From positions 1,376,001-1,440,000 of the forward strand of contig CBDCTJ010000007.1 in the NCBI GenBank assembly GCA_965222115.1: a DNA stretch of 64,000 nucleotides, in the 5' to 3' direction. Made by a program: the position numbers and the translations under genes. The stretch comes from Planctomycetota bacterium. GTDB taxonomy: Bacteria; Planctomycetota; PLA2; JAEUHO01. A model generated the notes under the pieces. It was not told the DNA's origin and searched no databases. It was given only the letters and a program-made list of their open reading frames with translations. Positions 52,563-63,050 of this stretch are shown piece after piece (position 1 is the stretch's first letter; the number at the start of each line of letters is the position of its first letter).

Positions 52563-54355
52563 GGCGACCTGTCCTTTGCTTCATACGGAAGTTCGATTGT
52601 GAAACGTGCGCCGCCACCGTCGCGATCTTCCGCATGCACTGTACCGCCGTGCGCGATGGCGATTTCACGGACGAAGTAAAGACCCAGGCCGACGCCCGGC
52701 ACGGCGCTTTCATCCGCGGAGCTACCGCGCACGAAGCGCTTGAAGAGACGTCGGCCACTCTCACCGCGCAGACCTACGCCGCGATCTGCCACCGAGATCC
52801 TGTACGCCTGCTCAACGGCGATTCCTGAAACGTCAATAGCGCCCCCGTGCGTGCCAAACTTGCACGCGTTGTCTATGAGGTTGCGAATCGCCGCTGCCAG
52901 TGCATCCGCGTCAATTGGCATGTCCCGCGAATCGGGCTCGATTGCCTCGTTCAGCGTGAGCGAGTGCTCCGCAACCACAGGTCGCATCTGTTCCACCACG
53001 TCTTGCAATACGCGGGACGGGCGATTTGGCGAAGGTTGAATGACGTAGTGGCCGGCGCGTTCCACGCGCGCAGCGTCAAGCACGTCGCGCACGCTTGCCC
53101 CGAGGCGCGTCATCTCTTTCACGATGTGTTTGGCGTACGTGCGCATGCGCGGCGAGGCATCCTCCTCGTCTTCCATGAACTCCGCCATGGCGCGCACCGA
53201 AGCAATTGGCGTCTTCATTTCATGCGACACCGACGCCACAAAGTCTGCTTGTAGGCGTTGCGCGCGTCGTGCCTTCCACACACCCCAGGCCGCGATGAGC
53301 ACGCCCAATGCAAAGATGCCGAGACCCAGCAATAGTGACGTCTTCGCCGTACGCGATGCGACGACGTCCGGCGCGGGCGCAACCAGTTCAAAGTCGCCGA
53401 GCTCGGCGGGAAGCAACGCTGCAACGATGGGCAAATCAGGCCTGGGCGCGTCCATCCGCTTTCGAACGCTCGCCCCATTCAGTCCGGCTCCTTGGTGAAG
53501 CACATCCGAAATGTGCAGGAGTTCGATGGAGTCAGCGGTGCGACGTGCCATGAGATGGTCTTTTGCAATGGGGACGATTGAAACGTCACCATTCTTCATG
53601 GTGCTTGCCAGCCACGAACCGCGCTGTGCATTTGATACGGCATGATCTAGATTTGGTTGATGATCGCCCCTTGGATGCGGCAGAAGTTCGAGGAGTCGTT
53701 CCGGCGGAAGCGAAGTGCCCGTGTGAATCAGCTGACCATGATCGAGGAGACTGAGCAGCTTGGAGCGCGCCGATTCACTTCCTTCGCTGTCGAGACTGCG
53801 CGCTTGAAAGTACAAGAGTCCATGCCGCAACAGCGTGCTCTTCGGGTCGAGCAACGTGTGCCCAATTGGTAGCGCGAGTCCATCAGCGGCCGCTTGTGCA
53901 CAGGCGTCGCCCTGCCCCAGCATGGTGAGTATGCGGCAACGTCGAAGATGAATGAGCGCGATCTGCTGAGCATGCGCGGCTTCGTCGAGATCAGCAGAGG
54001 CAATGTGCTCGATTGCAGATCGCAACATCACTTCAGCACGTTCGGGTTGTTGCTCGGTGAAGGCCACGTAGTCGGCTTCTTCGAGAATGAGTGCTGTACT
54101 CTCCGCAAGCCCCCTCGTTGCGTCCTCGTAGCGATTCACAATCAGCCACGCTGTGTGCGGCGTTCCCTGAAAGTCGCGTGCCCACGCCTTGAGGTTACGC
54201 GCTGCGGTTTCTAGGGACGTGCGCAACGCCTCGACGCGTTCTTGTTGGCGCTGTTTGCCCTCATGGACAAAGCCCTGCCACCCAAGCACGCCCAGCACGG
54301 CGCCGCCCGCCAAAAGCAGCAGCAGCGCCCCTACGAATGTGGCTCCGAGTCGCAT
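52559..54355 (-). CDS. Sensor histidine kinase
   Basis: Two TMs, SHEMKTP, NLIDNACKF, DRGVG, GVGLGL. Confidence 0.94.
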   Translation of the reverse strand: MRLGATFVGALLLLLAGGAVLGVLGWQGFVHEGKQRQQERVEALRTSLETAARNLKAWARDFQGTPHTAWLIVNRYEDATRGLAESTALILEEADYVAFTEQQPERAEVMLRSAIEHIASADLDEAAHAQQIALIHLRRCRILTMLGQGDACAQAAADGLALPIGHTLLDPKSTLLRHGLLYFQARSLDSEGSESARSKLLSLLDHGQLIHTGTSLPPERLLELLPHPRGDHQPNLDHAVSNAQRGSWLASTMKNGDVSIVPIAKDHLMARRTADSIELLHISDVLHQGAGLNGASVRKRMDAPRPDLPIVAALLPAELGDFELVAPAPDVVASRTAKTSLLLGLGIFALGVLIAAWGVWKARRAQRLQADFVASVSHEMKTPIASVRAMAEFMEDEEDASPRMRTYAKHIVKEMTRLGASVRDVLDAARVERAGHYVIQPSPNRPSRVLQDVVEQMRPVVAEHSLTLNEAIEPDSRDMPIDADALAAAIRNLIDNACKFGTHGGAIDVSGIAVEQAYRISVADRGVGLRGESGRRLFKRFVRGSSADESAVPGVGLGLYFVREIAIAHGGTVHAEDRDGGGARFTIELPYEAKDRSP

Positions 54356-54406
54356 GCATACACACTGCCCGCTCCGCCCCGCCAAGTGTCACGCACTCGT
54401 AAAAAC

Positions 54407-54460
54407 TACGCCTGCGTGCCAGGCACTACGATGTACCCCATACGCCTGCGTGCCGGGCAC
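54407..54460 (+). repeat. 20-bp direct repeat x2 with internal palindrome
   Basis: tacgcctgcgtgcc(a/g)ggcac at 54407-54426 and 54441-54460; GTGCC-N-GGCAC core. Confidence 0.85.
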
Positions 54461-54470
54461 CGAGTAGTAC

Positions 54471-55409
54471 CTAAAGGGCCATGAGGGCGACGCCGAGGAT
54501 GGCGATGAGGGTGGCGATCCAGGCGATGGGGCCGCGGCGTTCACCGAGAAAAATGGCACTGAGGGGTAGCTGGTAGATGGGTGTTAGCGAGTTGAGGGTG
54601 GTGACGACGCCGGTGTGCGTGCCCCACTGAATGCCGAGTTGATTGAGCCAGATGCCGCCGAACGTGCCGACGAGCGCGCTGATGCCGAGAATGATGCGCG
54701 CGGCGGGCGCGAAGATCTGCCGAAGCCACGTTCGTAGGCGTCCACGGAGTAGGCCCCATGCCATAAGTGCAACGGTGCCTGTCGTGAGTCGAATGGACGC
54801 CGCAACGCTGCCTTCCATGTCGGCCACATTCATGGCATGACGCGTGAGTAACACAGCGGCCGCTTGCAGTAGCGCGGCGATAGCAGCATTCACCATTCCT
54901 TTGCGTGTGTCGCCAATAGGTCGCGAGGGGTCCGGTCGCTCAAGCACCGCCAGGGCAATGCCACCAAGCGTCACGGCCATTCCAGCAATGATTACGAGCC
55001 CGGGATGTTCGTTGTAGGGCGGAAGGGACGCGCCAATGGCTGTGACCACGGGTGCGAGGCAGAAGATCAACATCGCCCGTTGTGGCCCGATTTGAAGCAG
55101 GGCGCGCATGAGAAAGGTGTCGCAAATGGCGAGCCCCACAACACCCGATCCCACCAAGAAGAGGACGGATTCGGTTGGGCCATGAAAGGGAAACGGGTTG
55201 CCCTTGGTCACGAGCAGCAAGAGCGCGAACCCAATGGTGGCAGTGAGATTCTTGCCAAGGTTGAGCGCTGCACCCGATATGGGGCCCGGTACGCGTGCGA
55301 AGCCAATGCCCGCGCACGCCCACACCAAAGCACTTAATGTCGCGGCGATTTCGCCCGCGTAGAGGAATGGTGGCGAACTCGCCGTGGCCAGGGGCTGTGA
55401 AAGCGTCAC
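54471..55409 (-). CDS. DMT/EamA-family transporter
   Basis: About 10 TM segments in two repeats; AIFLGER. Confidence 0.88.
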   Translation of the reverse strand: MTLSQPLATASSPPFLYAGEIAATLSALVWACAGIGFARVPGPISGAALNLGKNLTATIGFALLLLVTKGNPFPFHGPTESVLFLVGSGVVGLAICDTFLMRALLQIGPQRAMLIFCLAPVVTAIGASLPPYNEHPGLVIIAGMAVTLGGIALAVLERPDPSRPIGDTRKGMVNAAIAALLQAAAVLLTRHAMNVADMEGSVAASIRLTTGTVALMAWGLLRGRLRTWLRQIFAPAARIILGISALVGTFGGIWLNQLGIQWGTHTGVVTTLNSLTPIYQLPLSAIFLGERRGPIAWIATLIAILGVALMAL

Positions 55410-55492
55410 TGCGTGTCATCCTTCCCCGGTCCGGCTGGAATGCCAAAGTTCCCCTGGCGTTTCTCTCCCTGCGCGCGGGCATGGGCAGAAGA

Positions 55493-57553
55493 ATGTCTTC
55501 CCCAGCGAACTCGGAGTCACCTATGGATTGGCAAGCGCAAAGAAGGCCACGAATCACTCGGTTGCGCGCCTGGCGACGGATCGTCTGTATCGCGCTCCTC
55601 GCCGCCGTCCTCCCCAGTTGCGGTGATCCCCAGCCCGCATCCGGTGAGAGGGACACGCGTGACGCGGACGCGCGCCCGGAACACGCCGATGTGGGCCCCA
55701 CCAAGATTCGTTTTGTAGATGTCACCAAAGAAGCGGGCATGACCGCGATCAATCATTCCGGACGTGCGGGGTCCAAGGAATATCTTATCGAAGCCGTCGG
55801 TCCTGGCTCTGCGTGGCTGGATTACAACCATGACGGCTTTATGGATCTCTTCATTCCCGATGGCGATGTCTTTAGTAACTATCGGTTCCAGCAGATTACA
55901 GAAGAGCGAGACGGCACCAAGCGCGATCGCGTGATTTGTGTGCGCCGCGAAGACGCCAAAGAGTCGTATCGCGCGCAGCTTTGGCGCAACAATGGTGACG
56001 GCACATTTACCGACGTGGCCGCCACGGCGGGCGTGGATAGTCCCGCATGGTCATTTGGCACGACGGCGTTTGACTACAACGCCGACGGATGGACCGATTT
56101 GTTTGTTGCCAACTGGGGCCACGATCAGCTCTATCGCAACAACCAAGACGGCACATTTACGGAAGTCGCCGCCGAGGTGGGCGTGCAGGGTGATGAAGGC
56201 GCATGGTCTACGTGTGCAGCCGTGGGCGATATCGACGGTGACGGGCGTTTGGATCTCTATGTCGCGCGTTATTCGGATCCGTCGGCGGAAGTGGACCGCC
56301 TTCGCCGGAAGAACAAGATGTCACTGGATGTGCCCGTGAACACAGTGCCCGGACGCGATACGTTTTGGCGTGGAATGCGAGTCTATATTGGTCCTGTGGG
56401 ACTTTTGCCGCAAGCCGATATTGCCTACCAACAGCAGGCAGACGGCACGTTTCGGGATGTTACGAAGGCATGGGGCCTTGTTCCGCTCGAGAGCCATCAA
56501 TACGGATTTACGACGGCACTATTTGACTATAATGGCGATGGATTGACCGATCTCTATGTTGCCAACGACTCCGTGGAAAACTTTCTTTGGGAACAAGCAC
56601 GCGACTCAAAGGACCGCGTGGTCTTTGAGGATCGAGCAAGCGTGCTGGGCGTAAAGACGAAAAGCGGCACGGCAGGCCAAGCCAGCATGGGGCTGACGTG
56701 CAGCGACATCAATCAAGATGGGGAAGTGGACTACTTCGTCACCAACTTCAGTCATGACTACAACAACATTTTTCTCGGAAACCGCATGAGCAGCGGAAAC
56801 TACTACTTCAAGGATCGCGGTCGGCGCGTGATGGCGCAACAGGTGTATTACGATCTATCGTGGGGATGCGGGTGGGAGGACTTCGATAACGATGGCGACT
56901 GGGATCTGTACGTTGCGAACGGTCACGTCTATTACGAAGTGGAAAACTTCAAAGACATTGGCTCCGAGTACGAGCAGTACAACGCGCTCTTTGAATGCAT
57001 CGATGCCGAGTCATTGAGCTATCGCGAAATCGGTCCAAAGGCACAGGCCAAGCCGGCCGGACTCGACCCAAAGGACTTGGATGCGGGTGACGGTATGGCC
57101 GTCAAGCGTTGTTCGCGGCAAGCGGCGTTTGCGGACTTCAACAACGACGGTCGTATGGACGTCGTCGTGAGCAACCTCAATGCCGCTCCGACCGTGCTCG
57201 CTGGGGCTGGCCCCTCCGATGAAAACCATGGATGGGTCAAGCTGACGCTTGAGATGCCAGACTCGGGCAATCGCGACGCCCTGGGCGCATTCGTGCAAGT
57301 CGAAACCGATGTCTCGGTGCAGTACCGACCGGTGGTGGCGCTCACCTCGTTCTTGGGAACCAATGACCCTCGGCTCCATTTCGGCGTAGGTGCGGCAAAG
57401 ACCTGCACGATTCGCGTTCGCTGGCCCGGTCAGCGAAAGTTTGAAACCGAACTCAATAATATTGCAATTGGCAAGCATTATCGTGTGATTCGAGGCAAGA
57501 AGGATCCTGTAGAGGTCCCAATGAAATCATTTGAAGTCACACCATCAAAATAG
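55493..57553 (+). CDS. CRTAC1-family lipoprotein (FG-GAP repeats + ASPIC/UnbV)
   Basis: Lipobox LPSC; repeated DxNxDGxxDL; RLHFGVG, IRVRWP; start uncertain. Confidence 0.9.
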   Translation: MSSPANSESPMDWQAQRRPRITRLRAWRRIVCIALLAAVLPSCGDPQPASGERDTRDADARPEHADVGPTKIRFVDVTKEAGMTAINHSGRAGSKEYLIEAVGPGSAWLDYNHDGFMDLFIPDGDVFSNYRFQQITEERDGTKRDRVICVRREDAKESYRAQLWRNNGDGTFTDVAATAGVDSPAWSFGTTAFDYNADGWTDLFVANWGHDQLYRNNQDGTFTEVAAEVGVQGDEGAWSTCAAVGDIDGDGRLDLYVARYSDPSAEVDRLRRKNKMSLDVPVNTVPGRDTFWRGMRVYIGPVGLLPQADIAYQQQADGTFRDVTKAWGLVPLESHQYGFTTALFDYNGDGLTDLYVANDSVENFLWEQARDSKDRVVFEDRASVLGVKTKSGTAGQASMGLTCSDINQDGEVDYFVTNFSHDYNNIFLGNRMSSGNYYFKDRGRRVMAQQVYYDLSWGCGWEDFDNDGDWDLYVANGHVYYEVENFKDIGSEYEQYNALFECIDAESLSYREIGPKAQAKPAGLDPKDLDAGDGMAVKRCSRQAAFADFNNDGRMDVVVSNLNAAPTVLAGAGPSDENHGWVKLTLEMPDSGNRDALGAFVQVETDVSVQYRPVVALTSFLGTNDPRLHFGVGAAKTCTIRVRWPGQRKFETELNNIAIGKHYRVIRGKKDPVEVPMKSFEVTPSK

Positions 57554-57731
57554 TTGGCAAGCTATATGTATAATACAATAAAAATCGGCAACGCGTGGGG
57601 GGCGCGTGTGGGCCCGAGCGGAGACCTTTCGCCGGAGTTTTAGGCGCGACGGTGGGTCTTCGATCGTTCAATGTTGCCGCTCTTCGTGCGTGCTTAAGAT
57701 TGCACGTGCCTGAGCGTGCCGGAGCCTCTGC

Positions 57732-58148
57732 ATGAACGTGTCTGCCTTCCTTGCCAATGCCTCCCCGGTACTTGGCACTGCGTCGATTCGCGAATACGCA
57801 CCGGTACTAGCGATGTTGATCTTCGCGCTTCTATTTGCGGCGCTCAATCTCGGCCTTTCGTTTGTGCTCGGCAAGAAGGCGCCGCCGAATCCAGTTAAAG
57901 ACGCGGCCTACGAATGTGGCATGCCACCGATTACGGATGCGCATCAGCGCTTCAGCGTCAAGTTCTACCTCGTGGCAATTCTGTTCGTGTTGTTTGATAT
58001 TGAAGTGGTGTTCCTCTATCCCTGGGCCGTGTACTTCGGAAAGCTCAAAGCGTTTATGTTTTTCGAAATGCTCGTGTTCATCGGCATTCTCTTTATTGGT
58101 TGGTGGTACGTGGTGCGCAAGGGTGCGGTAGACTGGGCCAACGAGTAG
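57732..58148 (+). CDS. nuoA: NADH-quinone oxidoreductase subunit A
   Basis: [22 protein letters not shown]. Confidence 0.96.
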   Translation: MNVSAFLANASPVLGTASIREYAPVLAMLIFALLFAALNLGLSFVLGKKAPPNPVKDAAYECGMPPITDAHQRFSVKFYLVAILFVLFDIEVVFLYPWAVYFGKLKAFMFFEMLVFIGILFIGWWYVVRKGAVDWANE

Positions 58149-58192
58149 CCCGCGAAGAGTTCCAAGGTGCGTCCAACGAAAGGACTGTTTCA

Positions 58193-58846
58193 ATGACCCT
58201 TCCTCCTAGCCGCACGAGCGATGGCGATCGCGTCACGCAGAAGGCCGACATGCTGGAGGCCACGGGTAGCAGCGAGGGCTCGTTCCTGCTCAGCACGGTG
58301 CAGTCGATGGTCAATTGGTCGCGAAAGAACAGTGTGTGGCCGTTGCCGCTTGGTCTCTCGTGTTGCGGAATTGAGTTCATGGCCACCGCCGCGAGTCGTT
58401 ACGACATGGCCCGATTTGGCATGGAGGTCGCGCGTTTTTCCCCGCGACAGGCCGACCTTTTGCTCGTCGCCGGAACGCTCACCTACAAGATGGCGCACGT
58501 CATGACGCGCCTTTATGACCAGATGGCCGAACCCAAGTGGGTGATCGCAATGGGTGCCTGCGCGTCCTCAGGCGGCATGTTTCGCAGTTATCCCGTGGTG
58601 CAGGGCATTGACGAGTTCATTCCTGTGGACTTCTATATTCCCGGCTGCCCGCCACGTCCCGACGCCGTCCTCAACTGCCTGCTCCAGCTTCAGAAGAAGA
58701 TCGAGCGCGACCGCAGTTATCAATTGCGTTTGAGCACACCCGAGGCAGAGGCAAGCGATCCGCTCTCTGAAGAGAACGCGCTTCCAGGCAGGGGCGAAGG
58801 CCCACCCATTGCCTTGGCAACGGACGACCAAAGCTACGGACGCTAA
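58193..58846 (+). CDS. nuoB: NADH-quinone oxidoreductase subunit B
   Basis: [26 protein letters not shown]. Confidence 0.97.
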   Translation: MTLPPSRTSDGDRVTQKADMLEATGSSEGSFLLSTVQSMVNWSRKNSVWPLPLGLSCCGIEFMATAASRYDMARFGMEVARFSPRQADLLLVAGTLTYKMAHVMTRLYDQMAEPKWVIAMGACASSGGMFRSYPVVQGIDEFIPVDFYIPGCPPRPDAVLNCLLQLQKKIERDRSYQLRLSTPEAEASDPLSEENALPGRGEGPPIALATDDQSYGR

Positions 58847-58915
58847 CCCCTTTCGATTCTGCGCCCATTCGTGTTCCGCGGGTCGCCTGTCTCCCGCACC
58901 TAAGAGGCACCAATC

Positions 58916-59452
58916 GTGACGAGTTCTTCAGCCCCCACACTGCGATCCAGTTCCTTGACTTACAGCGACGCAGCGCCCGAATCCGTATCTGACGCCGTAG
59001 AGAAGGCGCTCGCACCCTTTAGTCCGTCGTGGTGTGTGCATCCAAGTCTTGAGGACCAAGGCGGGTATCCTGCGTGCCTGATCGCCGTTGAACATTGGCA
59101 GGACGCGTTTCGCGCACTTCGTGACTCAGCGGGATTCGATTATCTCCGCGACCATACGGCAGTTGACTACCCCGATCGCAAACCGCGTTTCACCGTGATC
59201 GGTTTGCCGGTCAACGTAACGACACAAGAACAGCTCATTGTGAAAACCCGCGTTGACGACGGTGAGGCCGTGCCCACGCTCAGCGGTCTCTGGAAATCGG
59301 CCGACTGGGCCGAGCGCGAGACGTTCGATATGTTCGGGATTCCCTTCTCCGATCACCCGGACCTCACGCGCATTTACATGCCGCAGGACTACGACGGCTG
59401 GCCCATGCGCCGCGACTTCCCGCTTCAGGGGCACCTGCGGTTTCAGGATTAG
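58916..59452 (+). CDS. nuoC: NADH-quinone oxidoreductase subunit C
   Basis: TAVDY, ADWAERETFDMFGI, PMRRDFP. Confidence 0.95.
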   Translation: MTSSSAPTLRSSSLTYSDAAPESVSDAVEKALAPFSPSWCVHPSLEDQGGYPACLIAVEHWQDAFRALRDSAGFDYLRDHTAVDYPDRKPRFTVIGLPVNVTTQEQLIVKTRVDDGEAVPTLSGLWKSADWAERETFDMFGIPFSDHPDLTRIYMPQDYDGWPMRRDFPLQGHLRFQD

Positions 59453-59500
59453 GCGCTTTCAGGCATATAGGCGCTTTCAGGATTAGGCCCTGAAGGGCAT
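59441..59500 (+). repeat. Short imperfect tandem repeat over the nuoC stop ending in a REP-like hairpin
   Basis: tttcaggattaggcgc / tttcaggcatataggcgc / tttcaggattaggccc; last unit runs into GCCCT-GA-AGGGC. Confidence 0.75.
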
Positions 59501-59738
59501 GATTCTGAGATCGATTCTCAACAACGGGCCCCAAATTGGTGTCGAGCTGGGCGGTGTTTCGCGGTCGGAATTCACACCACCCAAGTGACGTGAATGCGTC
59601 ACTTGCGGACGGGTATGTCGTCGCGCGTTTTCTACTTCACGAAAGCGATTCCTGACTGCGAACCCTTTTCGCGCGTTGCCTGCTCCCTCATACCCTCATG
59701 GCGATCCACGCACCCCCCATGCGAGACCCCTGCGCCCC

Positions 59739-61061
59739 ATGAGCGTGCCCGCCGACCCTTCCGCTCCCGCTGCGCCCCCAACACCGGTGGGTGAGCCACC
59801 TGAATTTGCTCAGTCGCCGAGTACGAATCCAAGCAACCGCGGTGCGCACAACCCTGATGTTCAGGCCGACATTCTTTTGGATGCCGGGGATGACCCCGGT
59901 GAGCGCATGGTGCTCAACATGGGGCCGCAACACCCATCCACGCACGGCGTGTTGCGCATTCTACTTGAGATCGATGGCGAGCGTGTGATTACCGCCACGC
60001 CCGATGTGGGCTATCTCCATCGTGGCATGGAAAAACTCGGTGAGAGTCTTGGGTACCACCGTTTCATTCCCTACACAGATCGACTCGACTACCTCGCACC
60101 GCTTTCAAACAACTGTGCGATTGCATTGGCGGCCGAACGCGTCTGTGGCATTGACATTCCGGAACGTGCAAAGTCGTTGCGAGTGATTTGCTGCGAGTTG
60201 GCGCGCATCTCCGCGCACTTGCTCGGACTGGGCGCCTACTCCATGGACGTGGGCGCCATGACCGTGTTCCTGTACACGTTTACGGAGCGCGAGCGACTCT
60301 ACAACTTCTTTGAGTACCTGACCGGCGCACGCTTTACCACGTCGTATACCCGTATTGGTGGCGTTGCCCGTGACGCGGAAGATGGTTGGCTTCAAGAAGT
60401 CCTTCAGTTTGTGAAAGGCTTTCATAAGAAGGTCGATACGTGGGAGAAGTTGCTCACACGCAACCGCATTTGGCGCATTCGCAACGAAGGCGTGGGCGTG
60501 ATCACGCAACAGATGGCGCTCAGCTACGGCATCACCGGGCCCGTGTTGCGCGGCAGTGGCGTGCCTTACGACGTGCGCAAGGATCGGCCGTACTTCGGCT
60601 ACGAGAAGTACGACTTTGATGTGCCCGTTGGAGAACACGGCGACGCCTACGACCGCTATTTGGTGCGGTTGGAGGAAATGCGTCAATCGGCGCGCATCGT
60701 GGCGCAGGCCATCGACGGCATTCGTCCGGGACCGATTCTTGCCGACGAACCCAAGTACGTGCTTCCCGAGAAGTACGACGTGCTCACCAGCATGGAGGAG
60801 CTGATTCACCAGTTCATGTTGGTTACGGGTGAAATGGATTCGCCCAAGGGTGAGATTCACTCCTACATCGAAAACCCCAAGGGCGAACACGGCTACTACG
60901 TTCGTTCGGAAGGTGGCGCCGCACCCTGGCGACTCAAGATGCGCGCGCCGTCGTTCGTCAATCTGCAAGTGTTGAAGGACATCTTGCCGGGGCAAATGAT
61001 TGCCGACATTGTGGCCATTCTCGGCTCGATCGACTTCGTGATGGGGGAGTGCGACAAGTGA
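59739..61061 (+). CDS. nuoD: NADH-quinone oxidoreductase subunit D
   Basis: NMGPQHPSTHGVLR, GYLHRG, DRLDY, ENPKGE, VMGECDK; start uncertain. Confidence 0.96.
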   Translation: MSVPADPSAPAAPPTPVGEPPEFAQSPSTNPSNRGAHNPDVQADILLDAGDDPGERMVLNMGPQHPSTHGVLRILLEIDGERVITATPDVGYLHRGMEKLGESLGYHRFIPYTDRLDYLAPLSNNCAIALAAERVCGIDIPERAKSLRVICCELARISAHLLGLGAYSMDVGAMTVFLYTFTERERLYNFFEYLTGARFTTSYTRIGGVARDAEDGWLQEVLQFVKGFHKKVDTWEKLLTRNRIWRIRNEGVGVITQQMALSYGITGPVLRGSGVPYDVRKDRPYFGYEKYDFDVPVGEHGDAYDRYLVRLEEMRQSARIVAQAIDGIRPGPILADEPKYVLPEKYDVLTSMEELIHQFMLVTGEMDSPKGEIHSYIENPKGEHGYYVRSEGGAAPWRLKMRAPSFVNLQVLKDILPGQMIADIVAILGSIDFVMGECDK

Positions 61062-61570
61062 GCGACGCCACGACTGCGGCGCCCGTAAACGCCGCGCCAT
61101 TTCCGCCGGCTGAACTGAAGGACGCGTGCGAGTCGCTCATCGCGCGCTATCCCACGCGCGTGGCCGCACTGATTCCGATATTGCATCTTGCGCAAAAGCA
61201 CTTCGACAACTGGATCAGTCCAGAGGTGGAAGCCGGCGTTGCCAAGTATCTCGACGTGAGCCCGGCGCATGTGCGCGGCGTGTTGACGTTTTACAGCATG
61301 TACAACACGAAGCCTGCTGGGAAACATGAAGTCTGGATCTGCCGCACGCTTACCTGTTGGTTGCGCGGCGCCGACGATCTACGTAAGACCGCGCTCGACA
61401 AGGCGGGTTTGAAGCACGTGGGGGACGTGGGCGAAGACGGCAAGTTTCTGGTCAAGAACATGGAGTGTCTTGGTCTCTGTGAACAGGCCCCCGCTGTCTT
61501 TGTGGATGGCGAGCCACATATGCACGTGACGTGCGAGAAGTTGGCCGAGCTAATGGAGGGCTGTGACTAA
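61058..61570 (+). CDS. nuoE: NADH-quinone oxidoreductase subunit E
   Basis: TFYSMY, CRTLTC, ECLGLC; GTGA overlap with nuoD. Confidence 0.95.
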   Translation: MSDATTAAPVNAAPFPPAELKDACESLIARYPTRVAALIPILHLAQKHFDNWISPEVEAGVAKYLDVSPAHVRGVLTFYSMYNTKPAGKHEVWICRTLTCWLRGADDLRKTALDKAGLKHVGDVGEDGKFLVKNMECLGLCEQAPAVFVDGEPHMHVTCEKLAELMEGCD

Positions 61571-61640
61571 TCCAACGCACGGATCTCGTTGATCCATTGG
61601 GTCACCGAGCCCGGTATCAGGACCTCACTCAGAACGATTC

Positions 61641-63050
61641 ATGAGCAAGCGCTACCCAGAAACGAAAGTCCTCTCGAAGAACTTCGAGCGCGATCAAGCG
61701 TGGACATTGAAGGTTGCCAAAAAGCACGGCGCCTACAAGAGCCTTGAAAAGGCCATGACCACCATGACGCCCGACGAAGTCACGGCCGAGGTGAAGACCA
61801 GTCGTCTTCGCGGACGTGGTGGTGCCGGGTTTCCTACGGGCGTGAAGTGGGGCTTCATTCCCAAGGACAGCGACAAGCCCAAGTACATTGCACTCAATGG
61901 CGACGAGAGTGAGCCGGGCACGTTCAAGGATCGCTACCTAATGGAACTCGATCCGCACCTCGTGTTGGAGGGGTGCTTGATTGCCGCCTACGCCGTAGCG
62001 GCCAGCAAAATTTGGATCTACATTCGCGGCGAGTATCCGCTGTGTATCGCGCGCATGGAACAAGCCATCGAAGAGGCGCGTGAGGCCGGCATCCTTGGCG
62101 ACCACGTGATGGGGCTTGAGTCAAAGAACGGTGCCAAGAAGGGCAAGTTCGCGTGCGACGCCCACGTCCATATCGGCGCCGGGGCTTACATCTGCGGTGA
62201 AGAGACCGCCATGCTCGAATCACTCGAAGGCAAGCGTGGGCATCCCCGTATCAAGCCACCGTTTCCCGCGGTGGAAGGTGCGTTCGCGTGTCCCACGGTG
62301 ATCAACAACGTGGAGACGCTGGCCCACGTTCCGTGGATTATCGAATACGGCGGTGAGGCATTCGCAGCACAGGGCATTGCGCCGGATCCAGACAATCCGC
62401 GCAGTGTGGGTTCGTCGGGCACCAAGTTGATGGGGCTATCGGGCGACATCAAGACGCCGGGTTGCTGGGAGTTTGAGTTCGGGATTACGCTTCGTGAGTT
62501 GATCTACGACTATGGCGAAGGGCCGCGTGACGGTCGCAAGGTCAAGGCCGTGATTCCCGGTGGGTTGTCGATGCCGGTGCTCATGGAGCATGAACTTGAC
62601 GTCAAGATGGGCTTTGACGACTTGCAAAAGGCCGGTAGCGGGCTTGGCACCGCGTGTGCGATTGTGATGGACGATCAGTGCGACATGGTTGAGGCGTGCG
62701 AGAACATTGCGCACTTCTTTGCCGACGAGTCGTGTGGTCAGTGCACACCTTGTCGTGAAGGGTGCCACTGGCTTGAGAAGATTTACCGTCGGTTTAACGC
62801 CGGTGAAGGCACCGTGGCCGACTTGGAATTGCTTGAGAGTTTGTTTTTCAACATCGAGGGCCGCACCATTTGCGCGTTGGCCGATGCCGCGGTATGGCCG
62901 TTGCGTTCGATTCTGCGCAAGTTCCGCGATGAGTTCGTGGCCAAGATGTTGCCGGAAGAGCAGGAAAAAGAGCGCAAGCGCGTTGCCGAGGCCGAGCGTG
63001 TACCTGGGGAGGGTACGGAACAGCTTGCGGCAGCGGGAGGATCGAGCTAA
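61641..63050 (+). CDS. nuoF: NADH-quinone oxidoreductase subunit F
   Basis: LRGRGGAGFPTG, DESEPGT, GAGAYICGEETA, ESCGQCTPCREG. Confidence 0.98.
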   Translation: MSKRYPETKVLSKNFERDQAWTLKVAKKHGAYKSLEKAMTTMTPDEVTAEVKTSRLRGRGGAGFPTGVKWGFIPKDSDKPKYIALNGDESEPGTFKDRYLMELDPHLVLEGCLIAAYAVAASKIWIYIRGEYPLCIARMEQAIEEAREAGILGDHVMGLESKNGAKKGKFACDAHVHIGAGAYICGEETAMLESLEGKRGHPRIKPPFPAVEGAFACPTVINNVETLAHVPWIIEYGGEAFAAQGIAPDPDNPRSVGSSGTKLMGLSGDIKTPGCWEFEFGITLRELIYDYGEGPRDGRKVKAVIPGGLSMPVLMEHELDVKMGFDDLQKAGSGLGTACAIVMDDQCDMVEACENIAHFFADESCGQCTPCREGCHWLEKIYRRFNAGEGTVADLELLESLFFNIEGRTICALADAAVWPLRSILRKFRDEFVAKMLPEEQEKERKRVAEAERVPGEGTEQLAAAGGSS

